From NCBI GenBank assembly GCA_030834985.1, contig JAUQWV010000003.1:64656-128655 (forward strand): DNA of 64,000 nt, given 5' to 3'. The stretch comes from Candidatus Dojkabacteria bacterium. GTDB lineage: Bacteria > Patescibacteriota > Dojkabacteria > J137. The notes under the pieces are model-generated. The model had not been told where the DNA came from. It worked only from the letters and a program-made list of their open reading frames with translations, and did no database searches. This document shows positions 37,576 to 45,534 of the stretch, piece by piece. A program made the translations under genes and the position numbers. Each line of letters starts with the position of its first letter. The stretch's first letter is position 1.

Positions 37576-38523
37576 TTAGAGCTTTGTTATTTTTGTCAGA
37601 TAAAAAGCAGTGAATTCATTATTTGGAATTACTCTAATTGTTTTTCTTAAACTTTCATTAAAGATTTTATTCTTATACTCTGTAATTCCATTTTGTAGAT
37701 TTGAAAGGTTTAAATTAATATCAACTATTTTTGCATCTTGATTCTTTTTTAAAAACCAGTCAACAACCGCTTCATTTTCTTCAACACTATAAGTACAAGT
37801 TGAATAAATTAATGTTCCTTTTGGTTTTAACATTTTAAATGCAGAGTTTAAAAGTCCACGCTGAAGCTTAGAAATATTTTTTGCATTTGATAATTTCCAT
37901 TCTTTTAAAGAATCTTCGTTATTTAAATTAATTTGAGCTTCAGTTGTACAAGGAACATCGACTAATACTTTATCAAAATAATTTGTTAATTCTGGTTTAA
38001 TAAAAATGATTCTATTTGCATCCGCGTTAATATAAGTTACATTTTTTACTTCATTATTTATTAAATTTTCTTTGAGTTTAAAAAATCTATTTCGATTTTT
38101 TTCAATTGCTGTAACTTGTGCATTATTATTTGTTAAGTTTTGAATTAAAGAAGTTTTGCTTCCGGGTGAAGCACACATATCTAATATTTCTTCATTTTCT
38201 GCAGGAGCTAGTTCTATTACTGGTAAAGCGCTTGAAGGTTCCTGAATATAAATTAGTTTATCATTAAAAACTTTTGTTTTTGATAAAAACTCAGAACCCT
38301 TTGTAACTATATAAAAATTTTCTAAAGAAATTTTTGTAAATTCAATTCCTTCATTTTTTAAATTCTCTAAAGTTTCGTTTACGTTTTGCGGTTTTAAAAA
38401 GTTTATTCTAAAAGTTTTTACTCTATCTAAGTAATGTGTTTTTAAAACCGCACTTGAATCGTTTTTATAAACTTCTTCTAATTTTTTTGTAAATTGTAAC
38501 AATTTCTCTTCAAAAATCTGCAT
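37576..38523 (-). CDS. RNA m5C methyltransferase, RsmB/RsmF (NOL1/NOP2/Sun) family
   Basis: LDMCASPGSKTS (motif I), LVDVPCT (motif IV-like) and LIYSTCT (motif VI TC). Length 315 aa, with no NusB-like N-terminal domain. Confidence 0.7.
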   Translation of the reverse strand: MQIFEEKLLQFTKKLEEVYKNDSSAVLKTHYLDRVKTFRINFLKPQNVNETLENLKNEGIEFTKISLENFYIVTKGSEFLSKTKVFNDKLIYIQEPSSALPVIELAPAENEEILDMCASPGSKTSLIQNLTNNNAQVTAIEKNRNRFFKLKENLINNEVKNVTYINADANRIIFIKPELTNYFDKVLVDVPCTTEAQINLNNEDSLKEWKLSNAKNISKLQRGLLNSAFKMLKPKGTLIYSTCTYSVEENEAVVDWFLKKNQDAKIVDINLNLSNLQNGITEYKNKIFNESLRKTIRVIPNNEFTAFYLTKITKL

Positions 38524-38693
38524 ATAGTTTTGATTACTAATAGAATGATTATCGCTTAATTTATTTATCTATTCAATAAATAAACGATTATATACCGTTG
38601 CTAAGTAATGAATGTTCAAATCTGCAAATATTGACATCTGCTTCAAATTACTTCACACTGTATATAAGTCTTTTATTTATTATCTTTTTTACA

Positions 38694-38879
38694 ATGGCAG
38701 TAAAAAGAAAGACTACAGCAAAGAGAAAGCCTGCAGCTCGAAAGACTGTAAGAAAAACTGTGGCTAAAAGAAAACCAGCAGCTCGAAAGACTGCTAGAAA
38801 AACTGTAGCAAAAAGAAAGCCTGCAGCTCGAAAGGCTGTAAGGAAACCTGCAGCAAGAAGAACAACTAAGAGAAAGTAA
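38694..38879 (+). CDS. Small lysine/arginine-rich histone H1-like protein with three 16-aa tandem repeats
   Basis: MAVKRKTTAKRKPAARKTVRKTVAKRKPAARKTARKTVAKRKPAARKAVRKPAARRTTKRK, encoded by three roughly 48-nt DNA repeats. The listed 93-aa ORF has an implausible hydrophobic N-extension. A bidirectional terminator follows. Confidence 0.5.
   Translation: MAVKRKTTAKRKPAARKTVRKTVAKRKPAARKTARKTVAKRKPAARKAVRKPAARRTTKRK
38712..38860 (+). repeat. Three tandem repeats of about 48 nt (AAGAGAAAGCCTGCAGCTCGAAAGACTGT...) inside the histone-like gene
   Basis: Seen in the sequence. The units encode AKRKPAARKTxRKTVA. Confidence 0.7.
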
Positions 38880-38900
38880 ATCTTAGGGACTTTTTAATGC

Positions 38901-38933
38901 AAAAATTCCCTGCTTATGCGGGGAATTTTTTTA
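38901..38933. terminator. Bidirectional rho-independent terminator between convergent genes
   Basis: AAAAATTCCCTGC-TTAT-GCGGGGAATTTTTTT forms a 13-bp stem with one mismatch, flanked by an A-run and a T-run. Confidence 0.6.
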
Positions 38934-40241
38934 GGAGTTCTTTTCTAAAGAGAAGTTTAAAGATTGTTTCTTAAATACTCCAACAAGCCATTTGTGACTT
39001 CTTTGTACATGATCAATCTTTACTACACTTAAGCCTGCTTTTCTTGCTCGGCTTTCTAATTCTTCTACTGTAAACAAGTGATAAAATCTTTTCATATCAG
39101 CATATCTTTTCTTTTCACGCTCATAAATTTCTCCTTCTCCTTCACGAACAATTACATACAATACTCCATTTTCAACTAAACCATCTGAAAGTTTTTTAAA
39201 TACCGGATCTAAATTCTCTTCAGGAATATGATGCAAAGAATCTCTAGCCCAAATTCCTTTATATTTATTTTTAGATAAATCGTAAGTTGTAATATCTGCA
39301 TTAATAATTTCTGCATTTGGAGTTTCAACTGACGCCATATCCGCAAATCTCTTTACCATCTCAATTCCGGTAACTGCATATTTTGTAGATAAATATTTTG
39401 TATCGTTACCAGGACCACAGCCCACATCTAATACTTGAGCGGGAGGATTTACCATAGAAATAAATTCATCAAGCTGTTTTTGTGCAACATTTTTACCAAC
39501 AGTTGCTGCCTGATATTGCTCTGCAACCTTTTTGTAAGCTTCTGCAGTAACTTTTACTTTCGGATTAATAATAAAGCCAGCTTCATCACCATCTCTTGGT
39601 TTTAAATCTAATTTCTGATACATCTCTTCAAAAGATTGAATTAATGCAAGTACTTGTTCAGGTGTAGTCGCTCGTTTTAATACTGCCATTTCTACATCAT
39701 CTATATACATTGTTCTTTGGAATGCTTCTATTAATTCATCCCAGAAATCACCGTATAAAATTACTGGTTTATGTGTTCCATAATAAAGTTTTGCTAAACA
39801 CCAAACCATTCCAAATTCAGAAACTGTTCCTGTTCCTCCTTTGCAAACCACAAAAACATCTCCATGCTCTATTAAACCTAAAGTTCGCATTACATAATTT
39901 GAATAAGTTTCTGATTCGTCAGTTAGGTTTGCAGTGTTTTTGCCCTCAAAGTGCGCAGCAAGTTTAGGCTCCCAATATATAGCAACAGTACGCCCTCCAA
40001 CTTGCTGCGCCCCATCAGTTGCTGCCTGCATAATGCCAGGGCCTCCTCCATCTACAATCGTATAACCACTCTTTGCTAATAGCTCAGCGGTTTCTTTAAC
40101 AGACTCAAATATAGGATCACCTTCCGGAATTGCAGAATCTCCAAAAAAGGTTACTTTATTAATTAATTTAGTAGTTGTTTCTATTACCTGCGCTGTATTA
40201 TCCACCTTTTCATCAGGCTTACCTGTAGGAATTTCAGTCAT
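38931..40241 (-). CDS. Fusion protein: N-terminal LOG-family (TIGR00730, cytokinin riboside 5'-monophosphate phosphoribohydrolase-like) domain plus C-terminal class I SAM-dependent methyltransferase
   Basis: LOG motifs TIVDGGGPGIMQA and VVCKGGTGTVSEFG (PGGxGTxxE) are present. The C-terminal methyltransferase domain has motif I VLDVGCGPGNDT. Length 436 aa. Confidence 0.7.
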   Translation of the reverse strand: MTEIPTGKPDEKVDNTAQVIETTTKLINKVTFFGDSAIPEGDPIFESVKETAELLAKSGYTIVDGGGPGIMQAATDGAQQVGGRTVAIYWEPKLAAHFEGKNTANLTDESETYSNYVMRTLGLIEHGDVFVVCKGGTGTVSEFGMVWCLAKLYYGTHKPVILYGDFWDELIEAFQRTMYIDDVEMAVLKRATTPEQVLALIQSFEEMYQKLDLKPRDGDEAGFIINPKVKVTAEAYKKVAEQYQAATVGKNVAQKQLDEFISMVNPPAQVLDVGCGPGNDTKYLSTKYAVTGIEMVKRFADMASVETPNAEIINADITTYDLSKNKYKGIWARDSLHHIPEENLDPVFKKLSDGLVENGVLYVIVREGEGEIYEREKKRYADMKRFYHLFTVEELESRARKAGLSVVKIDHVQRSHKWLVGVFKKQSLNFSLEKNS

Positions 40242-40250
40242 AAATAAGTG

Positions 40251-40892
40251 CTACGCAGCTAAGGCGTCTTCTAATAATTTAAAGGCTCTTGCTTTATCTT
40301 CTGCTTTTGTAAAATATGAGCCTACACTTATTCTATTGATTGGAGCATCTTTTATCAAGTGGATAGTTTCAAGATTAATTCCGCCGTCAACACTTATATT
40401 ACCTTTGTAGCCTAAATCTCTTAGAGCTTTTATCCTATCTAACACTTTAGGATTAAACTCACTGCCCTGCCATCCTGTTTTTATTGACATAAATTGTACT
40501 TCGGCAAATTGGTTGTAAAAATCCAGGTTTAATAAATCAGTTTCTAGTTTAACTGAAACTGCTTTTAACCAGTTTGCCGGCCATTCAAACTCTTTTAAAT
40601 ATTCTAAGTTACTTTCCTGATGTAAGTATATTCTTGCTGCATGACCATCAATCCCACTGTTGTAAATGTTATATAAATCTTCTTTTGGATCATCAACCAT
40701 TAAGTGGAAGCCTAAGTCAGTTTTACTAGTATCAACTAAATCTTTAATATCAATAATCTGCAACGTTGTATTCTCAACAAACGGTGGACGGACAATATCT
40801 ATATCTATTGAGTCAGTAAAGGATAGGTCTTTTATCAAAGACCTAAATTCCTCTAAATCATTTGTTAGTATTGCAGGCGTTATTTTAACCAT
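40251..40892 (-). CDS. Ribulose-phosphate 3-epimerase-family TIM-barrel protein (divergent)
   Basis: ITPAILTND..., FHLMVDDP and ISVDGGIN align with Rpe blocks. The canonical HxDxMDGxFVPN appears as DIDIVRPPFVEN, so some metal ligands are altered. Confidence 0.55.
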   Translation of the reverse strand: MVKITPAILTNDLEEFRSLIKDLSFTDSIDIDIVRPPFVENTTLQIIDIKDLVDTSKTDLGFHLMVDDPKEDLYNIYNSGIDGHAARIYLHQESNLEYLKEFEWPANWLKAVSVKLETDLLNLDFYNQFAEVQFMSIKTGWQGSEFNPKVLDRIKALRDLGYKGNISVDGGINLETIHLIKDAPINRISVGSYFTKAEDKARAFKLLEDALAA

Positions 40893-40901
40893 AAATCTAT
40901 A

Positions 40902-41540
40902 TTACTGTACCAAATCTAAATTGCCAACAATTGAGTCATTACTTGGCCTGTATAAAATTAATTTATTTTCAATAACAAATATTGCAATAACATCACTAAC
41001 GGCAGCGTTATTATAAAATGCTGAATTTACATCTTTAAGATCTTCTAAGTCTGTTGTTATTTGTTTTAAGTACGGTGCTTCAGCACTATCTTGCGAAATA
41101 ATCCCTTGTTCTTTTGCCTTTGCTATTAATTTTTCTGCAATATCTTTTTGATTTTCTAAAAAGATCTGATTAGGAGTTGGACCCTCATAAATAATTCTAT
41201 TTTCACTTTCTCTAAAGATGATCATTTTAGTTGAATAGATCACTAAGTAATCTTGATCTAATGCATCTTTATATACTTGAGCACTTTCCAAATCTTGTTC
41301 TTTTAACTGCTCTGAACTAGGAAAACTATTTACACCAAGTTGACCCATTGCTAATGGAGTTTCATTTGGTATCGAAGTTAAAGTACTTATCTTATTAATC
41401 AATTGGTTTGCTGAAAATTGATTCAGCAAGCCTACAGGATTTAAAAATACTATTAAGATTAGTATTTGCACTACAATAATTGCTGCCACCAAAAATTTTG
41501 TAGAACTCACAATTTTTAATAATTTCTTTAGTTTTTCCAT
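40902..41540 (-). CDS. N-terminally membrane-anchored hypothetical protein
   Basis: 212 aa with a TM helix (FLVAAIIVVQILILIVFL) and an extracytoplasmic remainder. No motif is recognised. Confidence 0.4.
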   Translation of the reverse strand: MEKLKKLLKIVSSTKFLVAAIIVVQILILIVFLNPVGLLNQFSANQLINKISTLTSIPNETPLAMGQLGVNSFPSSEQLKEQDLESAQVYKDALDQDYLVIYSTKMIIFRESENRIIYEGPTPNQIFLENQKDIAEKLIAKAKEQGIISQDSAEAPYLKQITTDLEDLKDVNSAFYNNAAVSDVIAIFVIENKLILYRPSNDSIVGNLDLVQ

Positions 41541-41598
41541 ATATATAAGAATAATCTAAAAAGCCCTAAAAACAAAATAATATAAATAATTGATATAA

Positions 41599-42675
41599 TT
41601 GCCCCATATGAAGGTGATTTCAGCAGATGATCAAAATTTAGTAGAGACAGCAGTCCAGGTTTTATCTCAAGGAGGTTTAATTATTTACCCCACAGAAACT
41701 GCTTATGGCGTTGGTGTAGATGCTACAAACCCTACAGCAGTTAGTAAATTATTAGAATACAAAAAAAGACCCGAAGGAAAAGCTATTTCAATAGCTGTTG
41801 AATCAGAAGATATGGCAGAAAAATATGTAGATATTAACTCTGAGGCAAAAAGTTTTTACAAAAACTTTTTGCCGGGGCCAGTTACTATAGTTTCTAACTC
41901 TAAAGGCAAAGTTGATACCAGGTTAGAATCTGAGAAAGGTACCTTAGGAGTAAGAATTCCAGACTATAAACTTATTTTAGAAATTATTAACCACTTTAAT
42001 AAACCTATTACAGCAACATCTGCGAATTTAAGCGGTTCTAAAACTCCATATTCAATTGATGATATCTTGAATAATCTGCACGAAAAAAATAAAAATCTAA
42101 TTGATTTAATAATTGATGCAGGTACTTTACCTAAAAATCCGCCATCAACAGTAATTGATACTACATCCAACGAACTAACAGTTATTAGATCAGGCCAGAT
42201 TGATCCAACTAAAACATTATTGGTCAATTCCTATATTACTAATTCTGAAGAAGAAACTATTCAAACAGGATTTAATATCGCAAAGGAAGTTTATAATTCT
42301 GCGGCACCTAGCCTCATTTTATTAAATGGTGAGCTAGGTGCCGGCAAAACTCATTTAACAAAAGGCATTGCAAAATTTTTAGGTATTAATCAAATAATAA
42401 AGTCTCCCACTTATACATACGTTCAAGAATATAAATTCGAAAAAGATAAAAAGCTTTATCATATGGATGCTTGGAAGATCGATAACAAACGCGATCTTGA
42501 AGCATTAGAATTTTATAATTGGTTTAAGCCTGGTAATGTAATAGTTGTTGAATGGCCTAGTGTAATTATGAATTTAGATGAGAGTTTTTTTAACTCGATA
42601 GAATATTTTTATATTACGCTACGTTACTTAGATAATACTAAGCGGGAAATCAAGATCTTCAAAACTCAACTATAA
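41599..42675 (+). CDS. Fusion of threonylcarbamoyl-AMP synthase (TsaC/YrdC domain) and the t6A biosynthesis ATPase TsaE (YjeE)
   Basis: The N-terminal half has YrdC motifs (IIYPTETAYGVGVDA, KKRPEGKAISIAV, LPGPVT, SANLSGS). The C-terminal half has the TsaE P-loop GELGAGKTHLTKG, then SPTYTYVQEY and LYHMDAWKI. Confidence 0.75.
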   Translation: MPHMKVISADDQNLVETAVQVLSQGGLIIYPTETAYGVGVDATNPTAVSKLLEYKKRPEGKAISIAVESEDMAEKYVDINSEAKSFYKNFLPGPVTIVSNSKGKVDTRLESEKGTLGVRIPDYKLILEIINHFNKPITATSANLSGSKTPYSIDDILNNLHEKNKNLIDLIIDAGTLPKNPPSTVIDTTSNELTVIRSGQIDPTKTLLVNSYITNSEEETIQTGFNIAKEVYNSAAPSLILLNGELGAGKTHLTKGIAKFLGINQIIKSPTYTYVQEYKFEKDKKLYHMDAWKIDNKRDLEALEFYNWFKPGNVIVVEWPSVIMNLDESFFNSIEYFYITLRYLDNTKREIKIFKTQL

Positions 42676-43746
42676 TAAATCGGTTAAGCCTTCTTCTTTA
42701 ATTTTATCCAGCACTTTTTTAATATCACCTGTTTTATCTTTAGCACAAACTAAAAGTGCATCTTCAGTATCAACAATTACAATATTATCTAAACCTATTG
42801 TTGCAATAAGCTTATCTTTACTTCCCTTAACTAGAGCATTTGCAGTGTCGATATTCAAAACTTTACCATCACTATAAACTTCTGTAGGATTGGCAAAATA
42901 ACTATGCAAGCTATCCCATGTGCCAACATCGGTCCAGTTAAATGGAGTTAGAATTATATAGCCATCTTTAAAAACATACTTAGTCACATCTTCTGTTGGG
43001 CCTTCAATCATTTCTGAATAAATTTTATCTGTTAGTTCTTTTTCATTTGGTTTACCAAATGAATCTTTAATTTCCATTAAAGCTGCATACCAATCAGGCT
43101 TATATTTTTGGTATGCTTGCAACATTAAATCAGGATACCAGCAGGTGTGATTACAATGAGTTGAAACATTATATGTATGAATTAGATCTTTTGTTTTATT
43201 ATAGTCGCCAAGTCTATATACAAATTCATCCACAGAATATACATCTAAATTACTTTCTACATTAATTTTTATACCCAACTTTAAATAATCACTTCCCATG
43301 TCGGGAGTTATTGCTTTTTGACCTGCAGAAATAAATTTTCTATCTCTTTTTACAAGTTCTTCAGCTGCTTTTATCATCTCAATGAATTTATCCTCAGGAG
43401 CTCTAATACAATCTGATTGAATAATCATAAAAGGCTCATTAGGATGTAATACTGAAAGTTTTAATATAGCATAGCCTTCACCCGGGCCTCTATTCTTTTT
43501 ATACGGAGGTTCAACAATAATATTTGCTTCCGGAATCTCCGTTGCATCCTTTCTGACTAAATCAACATAGATCTCTTTGGTGGAAATAAAGATATCTTCA
43601 GGTTTATATGCTTTCAATAAGGTATCTATTTGATATCTAAACAATGTAGTACTGCCAACAATCGGCTGGAATTGTTTTGGTTTCTTTTCACGGCTCATTG
43701 GCCATAGCTTTGTTCCTTGGCCTCCTGCAGTAATGATAAACTTCAT
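42670..43746 (-). CDS. manC: Mannose-1-phosphate guanylyltransferase (GDP-mannose pyrophosphorylase)
   Basis: MKFIITAGGQGTKLWPMSREKKPKQF is a nucleotidyltransferase G-rich loop. Length is 358 aa and no cupin/PMI domain is present. Confidence 0.75.
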   Translation of the reverse strand: MKFIITAGGQGTKLWPMSREKKPKQFQPIVGSTTLFRYQIDTLLKAYKPEDIFISTKEIYVDLVRKDATEIPEANIIVEPPYKKNRGPGEGYAILKLSVLHPNEPFMIIQSDCIRAPEDKFIEMIKAAEELVKRDRKFISAGQKAITPDMGSDYLKLGIKINVESNLDVYSVDEFVYRLGDYNKTKDLIHTYNVSTHCNHTCWYPDLMLQAYQKYKPDWYAALMEIKDSFGKPNEKELTDKIYSEMIEGPTEDVTKYVFKDGYIILTPFNWTDVGTWDSLHSYFANPTEVYSDGKVLNIDTANALVKGSKDKLIATIGLDNIVIVDTEDALLVCAKDKTGDIKKVLDKIKEEGLTDLL

Positions 43747-43773
43747 TAGTTTTAGTTAAAAGCTAGTGAGCTC

Positions 43774-43779
43774 ATTATA
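43774..43779 (-). promoter_or_regulatory. Candidate -10 box (TATAAT) for manC
   Basis: TATAAT lies 28 nt upstream of the manC ATG on the minus strand. No clear -35 is present. Confidence 0.3.
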
Positions 43780-43796
43780 TCAAAGAAAAAAGCTGT

Positions 43797-43810
43797 CTTC
43801 GGAAAACGAT
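43797..43810. repeat. Left terminal inverted repeat of the GC island
   Basis: CTTCGGAAAACGAT. It is embedded in the hairpin CTGTCTTCGG-N13-CCGAAGACAG (43793..43825), which with the downstream minus-strand T-tract forms a terminator for the island gene. Confidence 0.6.
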
Positions 43811-43843
43811 GAACTCCGAAGACAGACTGGCCAGCCTAGGACA

Positions 43844-44206
43844 TTACTGGTCTTCTTCGTTACTAAAAGATGCGATCTGCACTCCATACGAACCGATTGC
43901 CAGAACTGGAGTATCCCAGCCGAACACGGTAGCTCCGTAGAGCCTCAGTTTTGAGCCATCATTAAAGGTGACTTCATTTCCTGTTAGCCGTGCGTGGCTT
44001 ACAAAACTCCCGTCCTGGGCAATAGTTCCAAGCTGTCCCTGATTTAGCAGGTAGGCTTGCCCGTTAAGGGTTATATGTGTGCTTTGCTGCACCTTCCAAT
44101 TCACAAAAGAAGTTCCAGCTCGTCCTCCCGTTCCCGCCCATGCGACTAATAAGACGATGAAAATCGCAAGAGCAACTAACGGGTTACAGCTTAGTCTACG
44201 CTTCAT
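43844..44206 (-). CDS. Small secreted or membrane-anchored protein of foreign composition (hypothetical)
   Basis: The likely start is MKRRLSCNPLVALAIFIVLLVAWA (a signal peptide-like segment), giving 120 aa. The listed ORF starts 11 codons earlier. GC-rich codon usage is unlike all neighbouring genes. The terminator hairpin lies at 43793..43825. Confidence 0.45.
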   Translation of the reverse strand: MKRRLSCNPLVALAIFIVLLVAWAGTGGRAGTSFVNWKVQQSTHITLNGQAYLLNQGQLGTIAQDGSFVSHARLTGNEVTFNDGSKLRLYGATVFGWDTPVLAIGSYGVQIASFSNEEDQ

Positions 44207-44272
44207 TCTGCTTCCTTTCGTTAAGCCGACCTTTAACATAATTTTTTAATTAGGCTAAAGGTCGGCTCAAGT

Positions 44273-44286
44273 ATCGTTTTCCGAAG
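44273..44286. repeat. Right terminal inverted repeat of the GC island
   Basis: ATCGTTTTCCGAAG. The adjacent hairpin AGCCGACCTTT-N22-AAAGGTCGGCT lies at 44224..44267. Confidence 0.6.
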
Positions 44287-44475
44287 TTTTAAAGAACACC
44301 TAGCATAGTGCATAGGATTCAGTAGTATAGCCTACTGTGTAAATAAATGTTACAATTTATTTGTGAAAAAGAAAATCTTTACCACAATAACTTCTTTCTT
44401 CTGGGCTTAAGCCCTTACTTTCTATACCTAAAATTTCACTTATTCTATATAATCAAATTTAGTTATTAATTAATT

Positions 44476-45486
44476 ATGGAAACTTTAAAACGTATATTAA
44501 CTGGTGATAGGCCTACGGGTAAGTTACACCTAGGACATTATATTGGATCGTTACAAAACCGAGTTAAGCTGCAAGATGAATATCAAACATTTGTTATGGT
44601 AGCAGACGTGCAAGCTTTAACTGATAATTTTGATAATCCAGAAAAAATCACTCAAAATATTTTAGAAACAACAATGGATAACCTGGCAGTTGGGCTTGAT
44701 CCTAAAAAAGTTACTTTCTTTATTCAATCTCAAATTCCCGAGATTGCAGAACTGACTGTATTTTTTATGAATCTAGTTACACATAGCCAAGTATTAAGAA
44801 ATCCAACTGTAAAAACTGAGATTGTACAAAAGAACTTTGGGGAAAGTATCCCTTTTGGATTTGTAGCTTATCCAATAAGTCAGGCAGCAGATATTCTATT
44901 TTTGCGAGCTAGTCTTGTTCCGGTAGGCGATGATCAAGCTCCAATGCTTGAATTAGCCGATGAAATCGGGAAAAGGTTTAATAGAACTTACACTACAGAT
45001 GTCTTTCCTGAAGTTAAAGGCTACTATAGCAACGTTGGAAGGCTTGTAGGAACTGATGGGAATGCCAAAATGAGTAAATCTATAGGTAATGCAATTTTGT
45101 TAAGTGATTCTGAAGACGAAGTAATTGCTAAAGTCAAAAAGATGTATACCGACCCAAATCGAATTAGACCTACTGATCCTGGTAAAGTTGAAGGCAATCC
45201 GGTATTTATTTATCACGATACATTTAATAGTAATAAAGATGAAGTTGATGAGCTAAAACAACGCTATATCAAAGGACAAGTAGGAGATGTAGAAGTTAAA
45301 GAAAAACTTGCTAAAGCCATTAACGTGTTTTTAGAACCAATCCGTGAGCGAAGAAAAGTTTATGAGCAAAACCCGCAACTTGTCGTTGATATTTTAAAAG
45401 AAGGAACTAAAAAAACAAAAGCTGAAGCTGAAGCTACAATGATGATCGTTAAAGATGCGATGGGCATTAATTACTTTGAAAAGTAA
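44476..45486 (+). CDS. trpS: Tryptophanyl-tRNA synthetase
   Basis: HIGH motif GKLHLGHY and KMSKS are present. Length 336 aa. Confidence 0.9.
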   Translation: METLKRILTGDRPTGKLHLGHYIGSLQNRVKLQDEYQTFVMVADVQALTDNFDNPEKITQNILETTMDNLAVGLDPKKVTFFIQSQIPEIAELTVFFMNLVTHSQVLRNPTVKTEIVQKNFGESIPFGFVAYPISQAADILFLRASLVPVGDDQAPMLELADEIGKRFNRTYTTDVFPEVKGYYSNVGRLVGTDGNAKMSKSIGNAILLSDSEDEVIAKVKKMYTDPNRIRPTDPGKVEGNPVFIYHDTFNSNKDEVDELKQRYIKGQVGDVEVKEKLAKAINVFLEPIRERRKVYEQNPQLVVDILKEGTKKTKAEAEATMMIVKDAMGINYFEK

Positions 45487-45487
45487 G

Positions 45488-45510
45488 AGCGCGGACTAAA
45501 AGTCCGCGCT
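45488..45510 (+). terminator. GC hairpin after trpS (AGCGCGGACT-AAA-AGTCCGCGCT)
   Basis: A perfect 10-bp stem starts 2 nt after the trpS stop. The following T-run is weak (TAAAAT). Confidence 0.5.
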
Positions 45511-45534
45511 TAAAATAGTCTATAATGGATTTGT

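Larger units (their letters stand above)
43793..44286. other. GC-rich compositional island of about 490 bp (about 48% GC against about 30% background) bounded by 14-bp perfect inverted repeats, carrying one small gene and its own terminator
   Basis: The left sequence CTTCGGAAAACGAT (43797..43810) is the exact reverse complement of the right sequence ATCGTTTTCCGAAG (44273..44286). An abrupt GC shift is visible by eye (for example 29 of 60 GC in 43861..43920). Confidence 0.5.

Noticed and set aside
43793-44286. Integron gene cassette with attC for the GC-rich island
   Set aside because: No R''/L''...L'/R' attC core sites (RYYYAAC / GTTRRRY) and no intI are nearby. The borders are simple 14-bp inverted repeats instead.
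44287-44475. Possible T-box riboswitch leader upstream of trpS (and similarly upstream of hisS at 37425..37575)
   Set aside because: Neither leader contains a T-box consensus (AATTAGGGTGGNACCGCG-like) or specifier/antiterminator architecture, and both are too short and too AT-rich. The hisS-upstream hairpins are better explained as the terminator of the preceding gene.
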